From: an uncultured Rikenellaceae bacterium
GTDB taxonomy: Bacteria; Bacteroidota; Bacteroidia; Bacteroidales; VadinHA17
DNA: 64,000 nucleotides
NCBI GenBank assembly: GCA_964613785.1
Contig: CAZTJT010000023.1
Location: 1,824-65,823, forward strand
Reading direction: 5' to 3'
Of this stretch, positions 1-10,000 are shown one piece after another; the first letter of the stretch is position 1, and each line of letters starts with the position of its first letter. Below the pieces are notes generated by a model that was given only the letters and a program-made list of their open reading frames with translations, was not told where the DNA came from and did not search any database. A program made the translations under genes and the position numbers.

Positions 1-1215
1 GTCGTTGTTTTCAGTTGCGGCAGGAGGCCATGAATCGAATCGTTTCCATGTATTTTCTCCTGTGATGAAGATAGTAGCTTCGGCAATATCGGGTTTTTCC
101 CCTTTGCCCTTCAGGAAATAGTTAAAGAATGGGATTTCAATGTTCTGCTGATACCATAATGAGGTGTTACTTCCGAAATGAATGTTGCCAAGATGTGTTC
201 CGTCACCCTGAGCCCATTGGACATGATACCACGGACCCATGACAAGCCTGTTGAATTCCTTTCCAGGATTGTTTGCTTCGGCAGCCTTGTAGGCATTCCA
301 GGCACCCCAGTTGTCTTCTGCATCAAAATGCCCTCCGACCCACAGCATTGCCGGATTAAGTTTTTTCGTAGCGTTTCTGGCATCCCGTGCTTTCCACCAG
401 TCGTCATAATCAGGATGGGCATATAGGTCCTTCCAGAAACGCACGCTGTCTCCAGCAAGTTTTGCAAAGGCAGGCAAAGCTCCCGTTTCAAGATAGAACT
501 TGTAGTTGTCATGTACCGGGATGTCGATTGTTTTCGGTCCTTTTGAAACGGGTTTTGGCCGGGGCAGACCGAAACCGGCACCCATGGCCGGATAAAAGCT
601 AAAAGCATCAAGGATGAAAAATGCTCCCTTGTGATGGAAATCGTCACCTATAAACCAGTTTGTTACGGGAGCCTGGGGGCTTACTGCCACGAGGGCAGGG
701 TGATTACTGGCAGCTGCCATAGTGGAATAAAAACCCGGATATGAAATTCCGAAAACACCAACTCTGCCATTATTATGAGGAATATTTTTGATCAGCCAGT
801 CTATTGCATCATACGTGTCGCTCGCTTCATCAATATCACTGGTTGTATTTTTATCAGGATTGAAAGGTCTGATATCTTCAAACTCACCTTCGCTCATCCA
901 TCTGCCGCGTACATCCTGCTTCACCATTATATACCCTTCAAGGAGATAATATTTCAAGTAAGTGTTCCAGAAATCCCTGAATTTGTCTTCACCATACGGA
1001 GCACAGGAATAAGGAGACCGTTCCATAAGAATGGGATGATCTTCCGATTTATCTTTGGGCATGTAAATTGATGTGAACAGTTTAACTCCATCCCGCATTG
1101 GGATCATCCTTTCGGTTTTGGTGTAGTTGTTTACGATCCATATACTGTCGGTATTCTGTGAATACAGACTCGAAATGAATGTACAAATAAGAGTTGAAAG
1201 AATCAGTTTTTTCAT
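1..1215 (-). CDS. CocE/NonD family hydrolase (alpha-amino acid ester hydrolase / glutaryl-7-ACA acylase-like), secreted; 3' end beyond the window
   Basis: Not in the ORF track because the stop lies outside the window. Hand-translated from ATG at 1215: MKKLILSTLICTFISSLYSQ signal, IPMRDGVKL, QDVRGR, nucleophile GISYPG, GGHFDAED, GPWYH; most of the frame was read through and no stop was seen. Confidence 0.9.
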   Translation of the reverse strand, partial: MKKLILSTLICTFISSLYSQNTDSIWIVNNYTKTERMIPMRDGVKLFTSIYMPKDKSEDHPILMERSPYSCAPYGEDKFRDFWNTYLKYYLLEGYIMVKQDVRGRWMSEGEFEDIRPFNPDKNTTSDIDEASDTYDAIDWLIKNIPHNNGRVGVFGISYPGFYSTMAAASNHPALVAVSPQAPVTNWFIGDDFHHKGAFFILDAFSFYPAMGAGFGLPRPKPVSKGPKTIDIPVHDNYKFYLETGALPAFAKLAGDSVRFWKDLYAHPDYDDWWKARDARNATKKLNPAMLWVGGHFDAEDNWGAWNAYKAAEANNPGKEFNRLVMGPWYHVQWAQGDGTHLGNIHFGSNTSLWYQQNIEIPFFNYFLKGKGEKPDIAEATIFITGENTWKRFDSWPPAATENND

Positions 1216-1250
1216 ATTTGGATCAACAGTAATTATTACACTTAATAATT

Positions 1251-1258
1251 CAAAAATA
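1251..1258 (-). promoter_or_regulatory. Bacteroidota sigma-A -7 box (TATTTTTG) for the CocE/NonD gene
   Basis: Matches TAnnTTTG, 35 nt upstream of the start; no clear -33 TTTG. Confidence 0.45.
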
Positions 1259-1346
1259 ATTGACAGATCAGACTCTTTAATTCTACAGAAAATTATGAAA
1301 TTGACCAGTAAGAAAAAAATTAATTTTATGTAATCATTATTATTGT

Positions 1347-1568
1347 ATGTCGCAGGCAGGTAAAATATTGATATTGGCAGGAATAATTCTGATCATAGCA
1401 GGAGTTGTGCTTTACTTCCTGGGTGATAAGCTTGGCTGGCTGGGTCATCTGCCCGGAGATATCAGGATTGAAAAGGAGAATGTCCGGTTCTATTTTCCCA
1501 TAACCACAATGATAATCATAAGCATCATTTTGTCTGTGTTGCTTTGGGTAATCAGGAAGATCCTGTAA
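1347..1568 (+). CDS. DUF2905-family small membrane protein
   Basis: Two hydrophobic segments flanking GHLPGDIRIEKENVRFYFPITT, the typical signature of this family. Confidence 0.85.
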   Translation: MSQAGKILILAGIILIIAGVVLYFLGDKLGWLGHLPGDIRIEKENVRFYFPITTMIIISIILSVLLWVIRKIL

Positions 1569-1613
1569 TGTTTAATTGTCGTGTTATCAGGATTATCTTA
1601 TGTAAATGAATGT

Positions 1614-2213
1614 TCAGGAAGTAGCCTGTTCCGGTTTTTCACTCCTGGTACCTTTCTTCTGAGAATAGGTTCCCGGTAGAATAACATTGATGAGCTTTTT
1701 ACCCCAGAGTCCCAGTCTGATTCCGGTTCCCAGGGATAAAAGACCCAGCACGATTGTCAGGATATAGTTGTTTTCATTCCTGCCTGTGAAAAAAAGTATA
1801 ATTGAGAGAATCAGGATAATAATACTGAATATTATTTTTACCCTGAGCAGCGGAGTTTTGAGTGTTTTGAATCTCGTGAGTCCGTCAATAACACCGGTTA
1901 TAATAGCCAGGACGAGTGTAAAGGGAAACAGAAAAACCGAAAATATAAGAACATTCTTCAGAACATCCGGGAAGAAATTTCGGGCAAAGTGTGTAATCAG
2001 TGCAAGCAATGGGATTGCTATTACCAGTGTTTGAGATAGATGTATTGCAATAGGGTGCAGATCAAGATTAAGGATTTTCAGTCTGTTCAGTGATACTTTT
2101 TCCCTGTAAGGTTCAAAAACCTTCCTGGGTAATCCGCAGGCAGGACAAACATCACCAAGCTTATCGGCTTCAATTACAAATCCGCATGGACGGCAGCGTA
2201 AAAGTTCTTTCAT
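1614..2213 (-). CDS. Rubredoxin-like CxxC...CPxC domain fused to a DUF2231-like 4-TM membrane domain
   Basis: N-terminal CRPCGF...CPACG; HPIAIH motif followed by four hydrophobic helices. Confidence 0.75.
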   Translation of the reverse strand: MKELLRCRPCGFVIEADKLGDVCPACGLPRKVFEPYREKVSLNRLKILNLDLHPIAIHLSQTLVIAIPLLALITHFARNFFPDVLKNVLIFSVFLFPFTLVLAIITGVIDGLTRFKTLKTPLLRVKIIFSIIILILSIILFFTGRNENNYILTIVLGLLSLGTGIRLGLWGKKLINVILPGTYSQKKGTRSEKPEQATS

Positions 2214-2312
2214 GGTTTTCGGTTTAGGCTAAAGCCCAAAGATATGAATATTATCAATAGTGTCCGACTAATCGTAATAATTGAGATGTAAATTGCTGAT
2301 CATCTTTTCATT

Positions 2313-2390
2313 CACAAAAAGGTCGCCCCGCTGGGGCTCATTTTACCGTGTGTCATTGTCTTTTACAAACAGGTCGTCATTAACGGGACT
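2313..2390 (+). repeat. Two direct REP-like units (ACAAAxAGGTCG + GC hairpin); a third related unit is inverted near 2797-2820
   Basis: CACAAAAAGGTCGCCCCGCTGGGGCT (2313-2338) and TACAAACAGGTCGTCATTAACGGGACT (2364-2390); reverse strand CTACTTGTCGCTCCTTCGGAGCTG. Confidence 0.6.
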
Positions 2391-2570
2391 TACAAAAGCC
2401 AAGGTATGTAGAGCCTATCTCTCTTTGCAGGGAGCTTGTTGACGATTGCTCGACATAGATTAAAATTTTGGTTAATAAAACAGCAAGACGTAAGCAAGGT
2501 ACATGATTCTTATGATAAATTACAACCAGGTATCGCCCTTTCAGGGCTTAAAATCATTGGTGTGCTTCGA

Positions 2571-2773
2571 CCCCCGGTTGCACCGGGGGTTATTCACATT
2601 CAGTCACTTACATGACTTCTTTGTCCAGCTCCTTCGCAGCTGTCCCATAGAGACAACCGAACCTTACCTCCGGCAGATATCACTCTGGCAGGGATATGCT
2701 CTGAAAGAGCATCCTTCAACCGGTCGCTTCTCTGAAGGAGAAGGATGTGAATAACCTCCGGTGCAACCGGAGG
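2571..2773. repeat. Inverted pair of 31-bp REP-like palindromes
   Basis: CCCCCGGTTGCACCGGGGGTTATTCACATTC (2571-2601) versus the reverse complement of 2743-2773, CCTCCGGTTGCACCGGAGGTTATTCACATCC. Confidence 0.75.
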
Positions 2774-2948
2774 TACTGCTCTCCCCTAAGGTTATTCAGC
2801 TCCGAAGGAGCGACAAGTAGGTAATCGGACGGTACTGATATTTTATCATTTAGGGTCTGACCTAAAGAATTTCATACTTATAGTCGGACACTAGTGAAAT
2901 ATTAAATATTTTACCACATAAACTGGAATATGCGAATTGCAGATATAT

Positions 2949-3551
2949 TTAATTACAGACTGCAACGACAAACACTCCTCCTCCTCTTACAGACTGACTT
3001 ATAATATTTAGTCCGGCTTTTGAAGCAAAGAAATGCAAACCACCTGAGCGGATGTAGTTCCTGAAATTCCTGTAATGATCGCCTCCGGCAAGCCATTCTA
3101 TCGCCCATGCCAGGTTTCGGGACCAGCCTGAACGCATATGATGACTGTAGTCGCCTATTATTATCCGGTAAGCTTTTTTTCTCATTTCCGACAGGATAGA
3201 TATCGCCAGCCCGGATTCAAACTGATGGACAGCCATAGTTATAACTGCAGTATCAAATTGCCGGTCGGTGTAACACGAAAGGTCTGAAGCGTCGCGAACC
3301 TCGAAATTAATGTTTCCTGCACTATTTTTCATGGCTGTTTGAGCTGCAGCGGCTATGTTTTCCTCTGAAAGATCGATGGCCGTAACATGTGCTGCTTTTA
3401 ATGCCATAGCCAGGGCAAGAGCACCTGTCCCGCAGGCAATCTCTAGAATCCGGTCTTCAGGGCTGATGCTGAGAAGCACCTCACGGCGAAGGCCAGATAG
3501 TAAAGGATCAATAAATCTTTGGTACAGAAAGACTTTCAGCGAAAAATTCAT
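2949..3551 (-). CDS. Class I SAM-dependent methyltransferase
   Basis: ILEIACGTG motif I, AIDLS acidic motif II, DASDL, FDTAV. Confidence 0.9.
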   Translation of the reverse strand: MNFSLKVFLYQRFIDPLLSGLRREVLLSISPEDRILEIACGTGALALAMALKAAHVTAIDLSEENIAAAAQTAMKNSAGNINFEVRDASDLSCYTDRQFDTAVITMAVHQFESGLAISILSEMRKKAYRIIIGDYSHHMRSGWSRNLAWAIEWLAGGDHYRNFRNYIRSGGLHFFASKAGLNIISQSVRGGGVFVVAVCN

Positions 3552-3571
3552 TCTTTATCTTATCAGGCATG

Positions 3572-4330
3572 CTAAATTACGATAATTTTCCCCTCATCAA
3601 ATCCATCCTGCTCATTGTAGCAAACATAACCGAGCTGATTCGTAACCAGTCTGGTTTTACCGATTGTGAAGTCCCTTTTGTTTGAATGGTGATGGCCAAA
3701 TATCCAATAGGCCGGCTGAGTTGACAGGATCAGTTCAGACAGCTCGGTTGCGAATGCTTCATTTAAAGGATCACCAAGATATTCCTCCGGATAATTGATG
3801 AATGTCGGCATATGGTGAGAGGCGACTATTACAGGACCTTTCTTTTCTGGCTTTAACTCATTGGTCAGGAATGTAATGCATCTGTCATGTAAATTGTTGT
3901 ATTGATCAATGTTAAAAAATCTCCCCCTGTTTTTTATTACCTGGAAATCAGAATACCTGATCTGTATTTCCACCCGATGTCGGGGACTTATCCTTGTCCA
4001 GAGGGTTGAAAACACAAAATTTACTTTTCCTTTCCGAACCATTATATTGTTAACGATGGAAACGTTTTTCCTTATATTCTCCTTTAGTGATCCGCTTCTT
4101 TTTGAAATATCGAAATGATAATACTCATGGTTCCCGGGCACCCAGAATGTTGTTTCAAAACGATCAGACAGATAGTCGAAAAAATCAGAATGCTCGTTAA
4201 TCAGCCTGAAAGGCAGAATGTCGCCTGCCAAGATCATGACGTCACCCCTTGGCTTAATCGGTCTTCTTTTCAGGAATTCCTTATTTTCAGGAAATTCCAG
4301 ATGCAGGTCGGAGGCATACTGGACTATCAT
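3572..4330 (-). CDS. Calcineurin-like metallophosphoesterase
   Basis: SDLH, AGDI, PGNHE, SHH and GHHH metal motifs; ATG at 4330 preferred over TTG at 4333. Confidence 0.9.
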   Translation of the reverse strand: MIVQYASDLHLEFPENKEFLKRRPIKPRGDVMILAGDILPFRLINEHSDFFDYLSDRFETTFWVPGNHEYYHFDISKRSGSLKENIRKNVSIVNNIMVRKGKVNFVFSTLWTRISPRHRVEIQIRYSDFQVIKNRGRFFNIDQYNNLHDRCITFLTNELKPEKKGPVIVASHHMPTFINYPEEYLGDPLNEAFATELSELILSTQPAYWIFGHHHSNKRDFTIGKTRLVTNQLGYVCYNEQDGFDEGKIIVI

Positions 4331-4389
4331 CAAATTCAGGGTTTCGATTCTGACTATACTATTGATGTCATTGTAACTGAAATCCGGCC

Positions 4390-4971
4390 TTAAACAAGAT
4401 CACATGCTTCCGGTGGCATCCAGTGGGCGTCTTTCCCTTCCCATTTGATATTGCATCCTATCGGATTTGTCATCGGCACCGAAATTGGTCTGCCTGATGA
4501 GAGTTCTTCAAGCGCCCTTTCGAGATCGTTTACCGTCATTCTTGATGTATCGCGGGGTGAGTCGACACCCCTGCCGGTATAAACAAGCTTTCTTTCTTCG
4601 TCAAAAACGAAAAAATGAGGTGTACGAAGAGCCCCATAAGCCTTTGCGACAGACTGATCTTTGTCATGAAGATATACCCATGGGAATCTATACTTCTCCA
4701 TTCTGCTGACCATATTGGAAAAGCTGTCTTCTGCGTAAGTATTCTCACTATTCGAGTTAATCCCAACGAATCCGGTACCTTTCTTTGCGTATTTCTCGGC
4801 CGTTGACCGGGTTACTTCATCCGAGCCTAATACATAGGGACAATGATTACAGGTAAAAAAAACAACAAGGTATCGGAATCTGTTGAAGTCGGAAAGCTTA
4901 TAATTCCTGCCGTCAGTAGCCGGAAGGTTGAAATCGACAGCTTTGCTGCCGGGTTGCAGTGTATAGGCCAT
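4390..4971 (-). CDS. Thioredoxin-fold AhpC/TSA (peroxiredoxin-like) family protein
   Basis: [31 protein letters not shown]. Confidence 0.9.
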   Translation of the reverse strand: MAYTLQPGSKAVDFNLPATDGRNYKLSDFNRFRYLVVFFTCNHCPYVLGSDEVTRSTAEKYAKKGTGFVGINSNSENTYAEDSFSNMVSRMEKYRFPWVYLHDKDQSVAKAYGALRTPHFFVFDEERKLVYTGRGVDSPRDTSRMTVNDLERALEELSSGRPISVPMTNPIGCNIKWEGKDAHWMPPEACDLV

Positions 4972-5031
4972 AACAATTATTTTTTGCTAAAGTAAATAAT
5001 TAATTAAATCAAGTTACTGACCATATTATCT

Positions 5032-5039
5032 TAAATTTG
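5032..5039 (+). promoter_or_regulatory. -7 box (TAAATTTG) for the CPA2 antiporter gene
   Basis: TAnnTTTG match 54 nt upstream of ATG 5094. Confidence 0.45.
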
Positions 5040-5093
5040 TCTATTGCATTGTTTACTTTTTTAATAAGTTAATGTCAAATCAACCCTTGAAAA

Positions 5094-7073
5094 ATGGATC
5101 TATCGATTTTAAAGGATATTGTTATAATTTTTGCCTTGTCGACAATGGTGAACCTGATCTTTACCAGGATCAGGATACCAACGATTGTCGGCTATCTTAT
5201 AACCGGGATGATTGCCGGTCCTTATATGCTGTCACTTGTCAACGCGCGGCATGAGATTGAGCTGCTTGCTGAGGTAGGTGTAGTATTGTTGCTTTTCACT
5301 ATCGGCATGGAATTCTCACTGAAGCATCTCTTAAAGATCAGGCGAATAGTCTTTTTAGGTGGATTTGTTCAGGTAGTATTAACTGCTATGGCATTTATCC
5401 TTATTTCACACTTTTACGGATTGACCTTGAGGGGAGCTGTATTCATAGGTTTTCTTGCGGCTCTCAGCAGCTCGGCTCTTGTACTTAAGCTTCTTCAGGA
5501 AAGATCGGAGCTCACTTCAAATTATGGAAGGACTGTACTGGGAATACTTATTTTTCAGGATCTGCTCCTTGCCCCACTGCTGCTTTTCAGCGATGTTCTG
5601 GCAAATACAAATCTAAATATTCCAAGAGAATTGACCATCCTTGCAGTTAAGGTCTTCATAATTGTTGCTTTTGTATATGCCGGTAATAAATGGGTTTTCC
5701 CTCGGTTGTTATCCCTCATTGCTCTTACAAAAAACCAGGAACTGTTTATGATGAGCGTATTCCTGATCTGTTTTGCAATAGCCCTTCTGACTTCCAAACT
5801 TGGAATGTCTCTGGCTTTTGGTGCATTTCTGGCAGGGCTAATGATATCAGAATCAGAATACAGTTACAATGCGTTTGGGAATTTCCAGCCTGTCAAGGAC
5901 GTTTTTGCCAGCTTCTTTTTTGTATCTATAGGCATGCTACTTGATCTCTCTTTTGTGGTAGACAACTATCAGCTGGTGCTTTTCAGCGTTTTTATGGTTA
6001 TTGTGGTTAAATTCATTCTCGCAGGTGGAACAGGTTTCCTTCTCGGACATACATTTCAGGGAACGGTGCTGATAGGGATAGCCCTTAGCCAGGTGGGAGA
6101 GTTCTCATTTATTTTGGCAAAGATAGGATTTGAAAAATCTATACTTTCCGATTTTTATTATCACCTTTTTCTTGCAGTAGCCGTTATTTCAATAGCTTTT
6201 ACACCATTCCTTCTGTATCTTTCAGGTTTTCTTACGAAAGCCCTTCTGAAACTGCCTCTTCCTGACTTTCTGGTTAAGGGATTATTCCCTCTGAAGGAAA
6301 TAGAAATGCCAGATTTTAAAAATCACCTTGTGATCATCGGCAAAGATGCCAGTGCCCTTAAGCTCTCAGCAATGGCAAGCTATAACTCCATTCAGCATAT
6401 CTCGATAATCTTTGATCCAGCCATTGCTAGGGAAAAAATCAACAATGGAGATCTTGTTGTTTACGGTGATGCTGTAAATGAGCCTATTTTAAGGAAGGCG
6501 CATGTTGATACTGCCGATGTGGTTGTTGTTTCTGTAGGAAGTATTATTCCGTCAATGGCCATAATTGAGAAGGTCAGACAAATGAACAGGAATGCCTACA
6601 TACTTGCAAGGTCAACCCTTATCAGGAATGTTGAACAATTGTATAAGGTTGGGGCCGACCAGGTATTACCGGAGAAGCTGGAGATTGCAATAGACCTGCT
6701 TAACAGGATATTAGTCAGGAGGTTGATACCGCAAAGGGAGGTCAACCGGATAATAACACATATAAGGAACATGAGTCTTGGTGATTTTACGAAAAAGGAT
6801 ATGGTTCACCAGCCCTCCATCCTCGATGAGTTTTCTAAGATCAATATCGCAGCAGTAACTGTTGAGGACCATTCCGAGGTGGATGGAAGGTCGCTGATAG
6901 AAATTGATCTGCGAAAAAAGACCGGAGTAACGCTTCTGGCAATAAGGAGAGGCACAGACATTATTGAACACCCCGTTCCTGAAACGGTATTTCACAGCAG
7001 TGATATTGCCTATTTCCTGGGTGATCCTGAGCAGATAAATTTTGCATCCGAGCTGCTTCACAGAAAAAACTAG
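5094..7073 (+). CDS. Monovalent cation:proton antiporter-2 (CPA2/Kef-like) with TrkA-N and TrkA-C (RCK) domains
   Basis: About 13 TM segments with LLFTIGMEFS, LSSSA, FQDL, GAFLAG, SQVGEF; YGDAVN KTN domain; C-terminal GVTLLAIRRG RCK-C. Confidence 0.92.
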   Translation: MDLSILKDIVIIFALSTMVNLIFTRIRIPTIVGYLITGMIAGPYMLSLVNARHEIELLAEVGVVLLLFTIGMEFSLKHLLKIRRIVFLGGFVQVVLTAMAFILISHFYGLTLRGAVFIGFLAALSSSALVLKLLQERSELTSNYGRTVLGILIFQDLLLAPLLLFSDVLANTNLNIPRELTILAVKVFIIVAFVYAGNKWVFPRLLSLIALTKNQELFMMSVFLICFAIALLTSKLGMSLAFGAFLAGLMISESEYSYNAFGNFQPVKDVFASFFFVSIGMLLDLSFVVDNYQLVLFSVFMVIVVKFILAGGTGFLLGHTFQGTVLIGIALSQVGEFSFILAKIGFEKSILSDFYYHLFLAVAVISIAFTPFLLYLSGFLTKALLKLPLPDFLVKGLFPLKEIEMPDFKNHLVIIGKDASALKLSAMASYNSIQHISIIFDPAIAREKINNGDLVVYGDAVNEPILRKAHVDTADVVVVSVGSIIPSMAIIEKVRQMNRNAYILARSTLIRNVEQLYKVGADQVLPEKLEIAIDLLNRILVRRLIPQREVNRIITHIRNMSLGDFTKKDMVHQPSILDEFSKINIAAVTVEDHSEVDGRSLIEIDLRKKTGVTLLAIRRGTDIIEHPVPETVFHSSDIAYFLGDPEQINFASELLHRKN

Positions 7074-7083
7074 CGTGATGGCT

Positions 7084-10000
7084 CTATTCACGCCATTTTG
7101 ACCTGTCGGGAGGCGGCGGGACAACAACTTTTTTTACAGGTTTATCCTTAAGTTCCTGCAACAGGACCTCGACTGCCTTTTCGATACATGGATCGATCCC
7201 TGCTGCAAGCTGTTCGGGTCGGTCCACCACTTCGATATCAGGATAAACACCTTCTCCCTCAATAATCCATCCTTCATCCCTGTCGAAAATCCCGAACCTG
7301 GGAACTGAAACGTAACCGCCATCGACGAGCCTTGCATTTCCGGAAATGCCAACTAGTCCGCCCCATGTGCGGGTACCAATAAGCTTACCCAGCCCCAGCT
7401 TCCTGAAAAAATAAGGGAATGCATCTCCTCCTGATGATGAGTATCCGTTGATAAGCATGACTTTAGGACCATCGTGAGCAATGGCGGGCGACTTACCGGG
7501 CATAAGTCCGTTCTGGTGCCAGTACACCAGAGTATGGCGATCAAGCAGGTCGGCCATACGGTCGGGGATAAAACCGCCACCGTTGTAACGGTCATCTATT
7601 ATAAGGGCCTCCTTGTCGAAATAGGTGTACATGCCATGGAAAAGCTCCCTGTTACCTTCAAATGATGTATTTGGAACATGAATATAACCTATCTTACCCC
7701 CTGAAAGCCTGTCAACCATAGCTCTTCTTTCATTGACCCAGTTAAAATACATTAGTTCAAGCTCGCTTGTCAAAGGTTTAAGCCTGAAAGTCCTTGATCC
7801 TGTGCTTGAAGGTTTGCTGTTGACAGTTATCTCGGTCAATTTTCCGCCTTTATTTTCAAGATAAACATATGGATTTTCCGCAGTGGTGATCTCTTTGCCG
7901 TCAATTGCTATCAGATAATCCCCTTCCTTTATGTTAACACCCTGTTCGGTCAGGGGAGACCGGCGTTCGGGATTCCAGTTCTCACCGCTATAGATCTTCG
8001 TGATCTGGTACCGGCCGGCTATTACATCGGGTGTAAGCTCGGCACCGAGGAGGCCATTCTCAATCCTTTTAACTCTTTCAAAATCACCCCAGTCAACGTA
8101 AGAATGGCCTGTATTGCTTTCAGCTACTATCTCATTAAGTATGTAATCAAGGTCAGCCCTGTGCCCCACATAGGGCAAAAGAACGCCGTATCGTTTCTTC
8201 ATTTCAGGCCAGTCAACTCCATGAAGATTTTCCACATAGAAATAATCGCGGAAAATACGCCAGGCATCGGTGTAAATCTGATTCCATTCTTTCCGGGGAT
8301 CGATTTTCATTTCAAGTCCGTCGAGATTTAATTTACCTGAACCAGCCTTCTGTCCTGGTGTAAGCTTTATTATTCCAAAGTCACTTCCAGACCGGTATAT
8401 GGCCATCTTACCGTCTGCAGTCAGGGAAGCGGTCATAACCTTATCGAGTATCTCCTCATTTTTTTCATCCTTGAGGTTGAATTTCATTAACTTCCCATTG
8501 TTGATGAAAACAAGTCCGTCGTCAGCAGCGCCAACGATCCTGTAATCGCCTGCTTCTCCCGGAAGCACAGTGATCCTTTCTCTGATGTCTTCAAAATCAA
8601 TCTCGACCCTTACCTCTTTCTTTGCGGAAGAATCAGTATCAGAGCCTGCCTGTTTGCTTTTTACCTTCTTTGAACCGGCGGCAGGTGATGCAGCTTTTTC
8701 TTCCTGCCTTACTGGTTCGGTGTCGTTCTTATCCTTGAATATTTTAGGGCTTTTCTTCGACAAGGGAATTGCGTAAAGTCTTGTTGCCCTGTTGTAGATA
8801 TAGTCAAAGTCAAAATCTGAGAATGAAAGATTGAAATCGCGGTTGGATGCAAAGAATATATAATTTCCGCAAAGGCTGAAAACAGGGCTGTCATCGGTGA
8901 ATGTCCCGTCGGTAACCTGTTGTTTCTTACCTGTTGGGATCTCATACACCCAGATGGCAGATTTTTCATTTGAACCTTCTTTCTGGTAGGTTATCCAGCG
9001 GGAGTCTGGTGAAAAATTGTAATTTCTTATTTCATTGCCCGTGGCATTATCAATCTCTGTGACCTTTCCGGTGGCTGCTTCAACCATTTTCAGCTTGAGA
9101 GTTCTGTCGGAGAAGATCAGATAACGGCTGTCGGGTGACCACAAAGGCTGGTATTTCCACGCCGATGAATTAAATGTTAACTGTCGGGGCACGGCCTCTT
9201 TTTTGTTTTCAAGAAAATAAAGCTCATATTCCCCGGTCTGATCTGAATAGTAGGAAATGTACCTGGCATCGGGTGACCATGCAGGATAGATCTCCCTTAT
9301 TCCCTGGGTTTGAGTAAGGTTTTCGGTGACACCGTTTTCAGCAGGCACTGAGAAAATATCTCCTCTGGCATCAAACAGAGCGCGTTTTCCTGTTGGTGAT
9401 ACAGCAAAGCTATGGATGTTCTCACGTACGTTCTTATAATAAGGAACAAGGTTTGGATTATCATAGTTAATATTGACGGATACCCTTTCAGACTGACCTG
9501 TATTGAGGTCAAGTCTATAAATGAACCCCCCGTTTTCATACACGAGCTGATCACCATTTCCTGATGGCCACATCACATCATACTCAGTATGTCTTGTAAC
9601 CTGTTGCGTTTCTTTTGTTTTAGTGTTGTATTTCCATATGTTGAGCCGGAGGTCACGGTCGGAGGAAAAGAAAATATTATCACCTGCCCAGGTTGGCAGC
9701 TGGTCGGTGCCATCAAAATCGGTTATCTGTTCGGAGGTATTATTTACCAGATCATATATCCAAAGATTACTTGCCCTGCCACCCTTATATCTCTTCCAGT
9801 TACGGAACTCACGATCAACAGGGGTAAACACCAGTTTTGAACCATCGGGTGACAATACCCCGAAACCTCCGTTTACTATCTGAAGTGGTTTCTCAAGGCC
9901 TCCATCGATACTTACAAGGAAATACTTCCCGTTCCTTTCACCAAAAGGCGTTCTGTTGGCCCTGATGAGTATTTGTCTGCTATCGGGAGTCCAGTCGAGT

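Larger units (their letters stand above)
2258..2893. mobile_element. Candidate non-autonomous (MITE/BIME-like) element: REP-like palindrome cluster bounded by a perfect 13-bp inverted repeat
   Basis: TAGTGTCCGACTA at 2258-2270 and its reverse complement TAGTCGGACACTA at 2881-2893; interior non-coding with many short GC-rich hairpins. Confidence 0.4.

Noticed and set aside
111-647. 178-aa minus-strand ORF in the track
   Set aside because: Out-of-frame shadow inside the real CocE/NonD gene (1-1215), which the track missed because its stop is outside the window.
775-1333. Plus-strand ORFs 775-1071 and 1127-1333
   Set aside because: Antisense to the CocE/NonD gene or running through its promoter; no recognisable motifs.
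2503-2754. 83-aa plus-strand ORF
   Set aside because: Translation of the palindromic repeat cluster; not similar to a transposase or any family I recognise.
2313-2830. Possible CRISPR array
   Set aside because: Repeats are of mixed type, spacing and orientation, and no cas genes are present; REP-like instead.
7073-7095. GCGTGA...TCACGC hairpin between convergent antiporter and tricorn genes
   Set aside because: Short stem, no U-tract, overlaps a stop codon; too weak to call a terminator.
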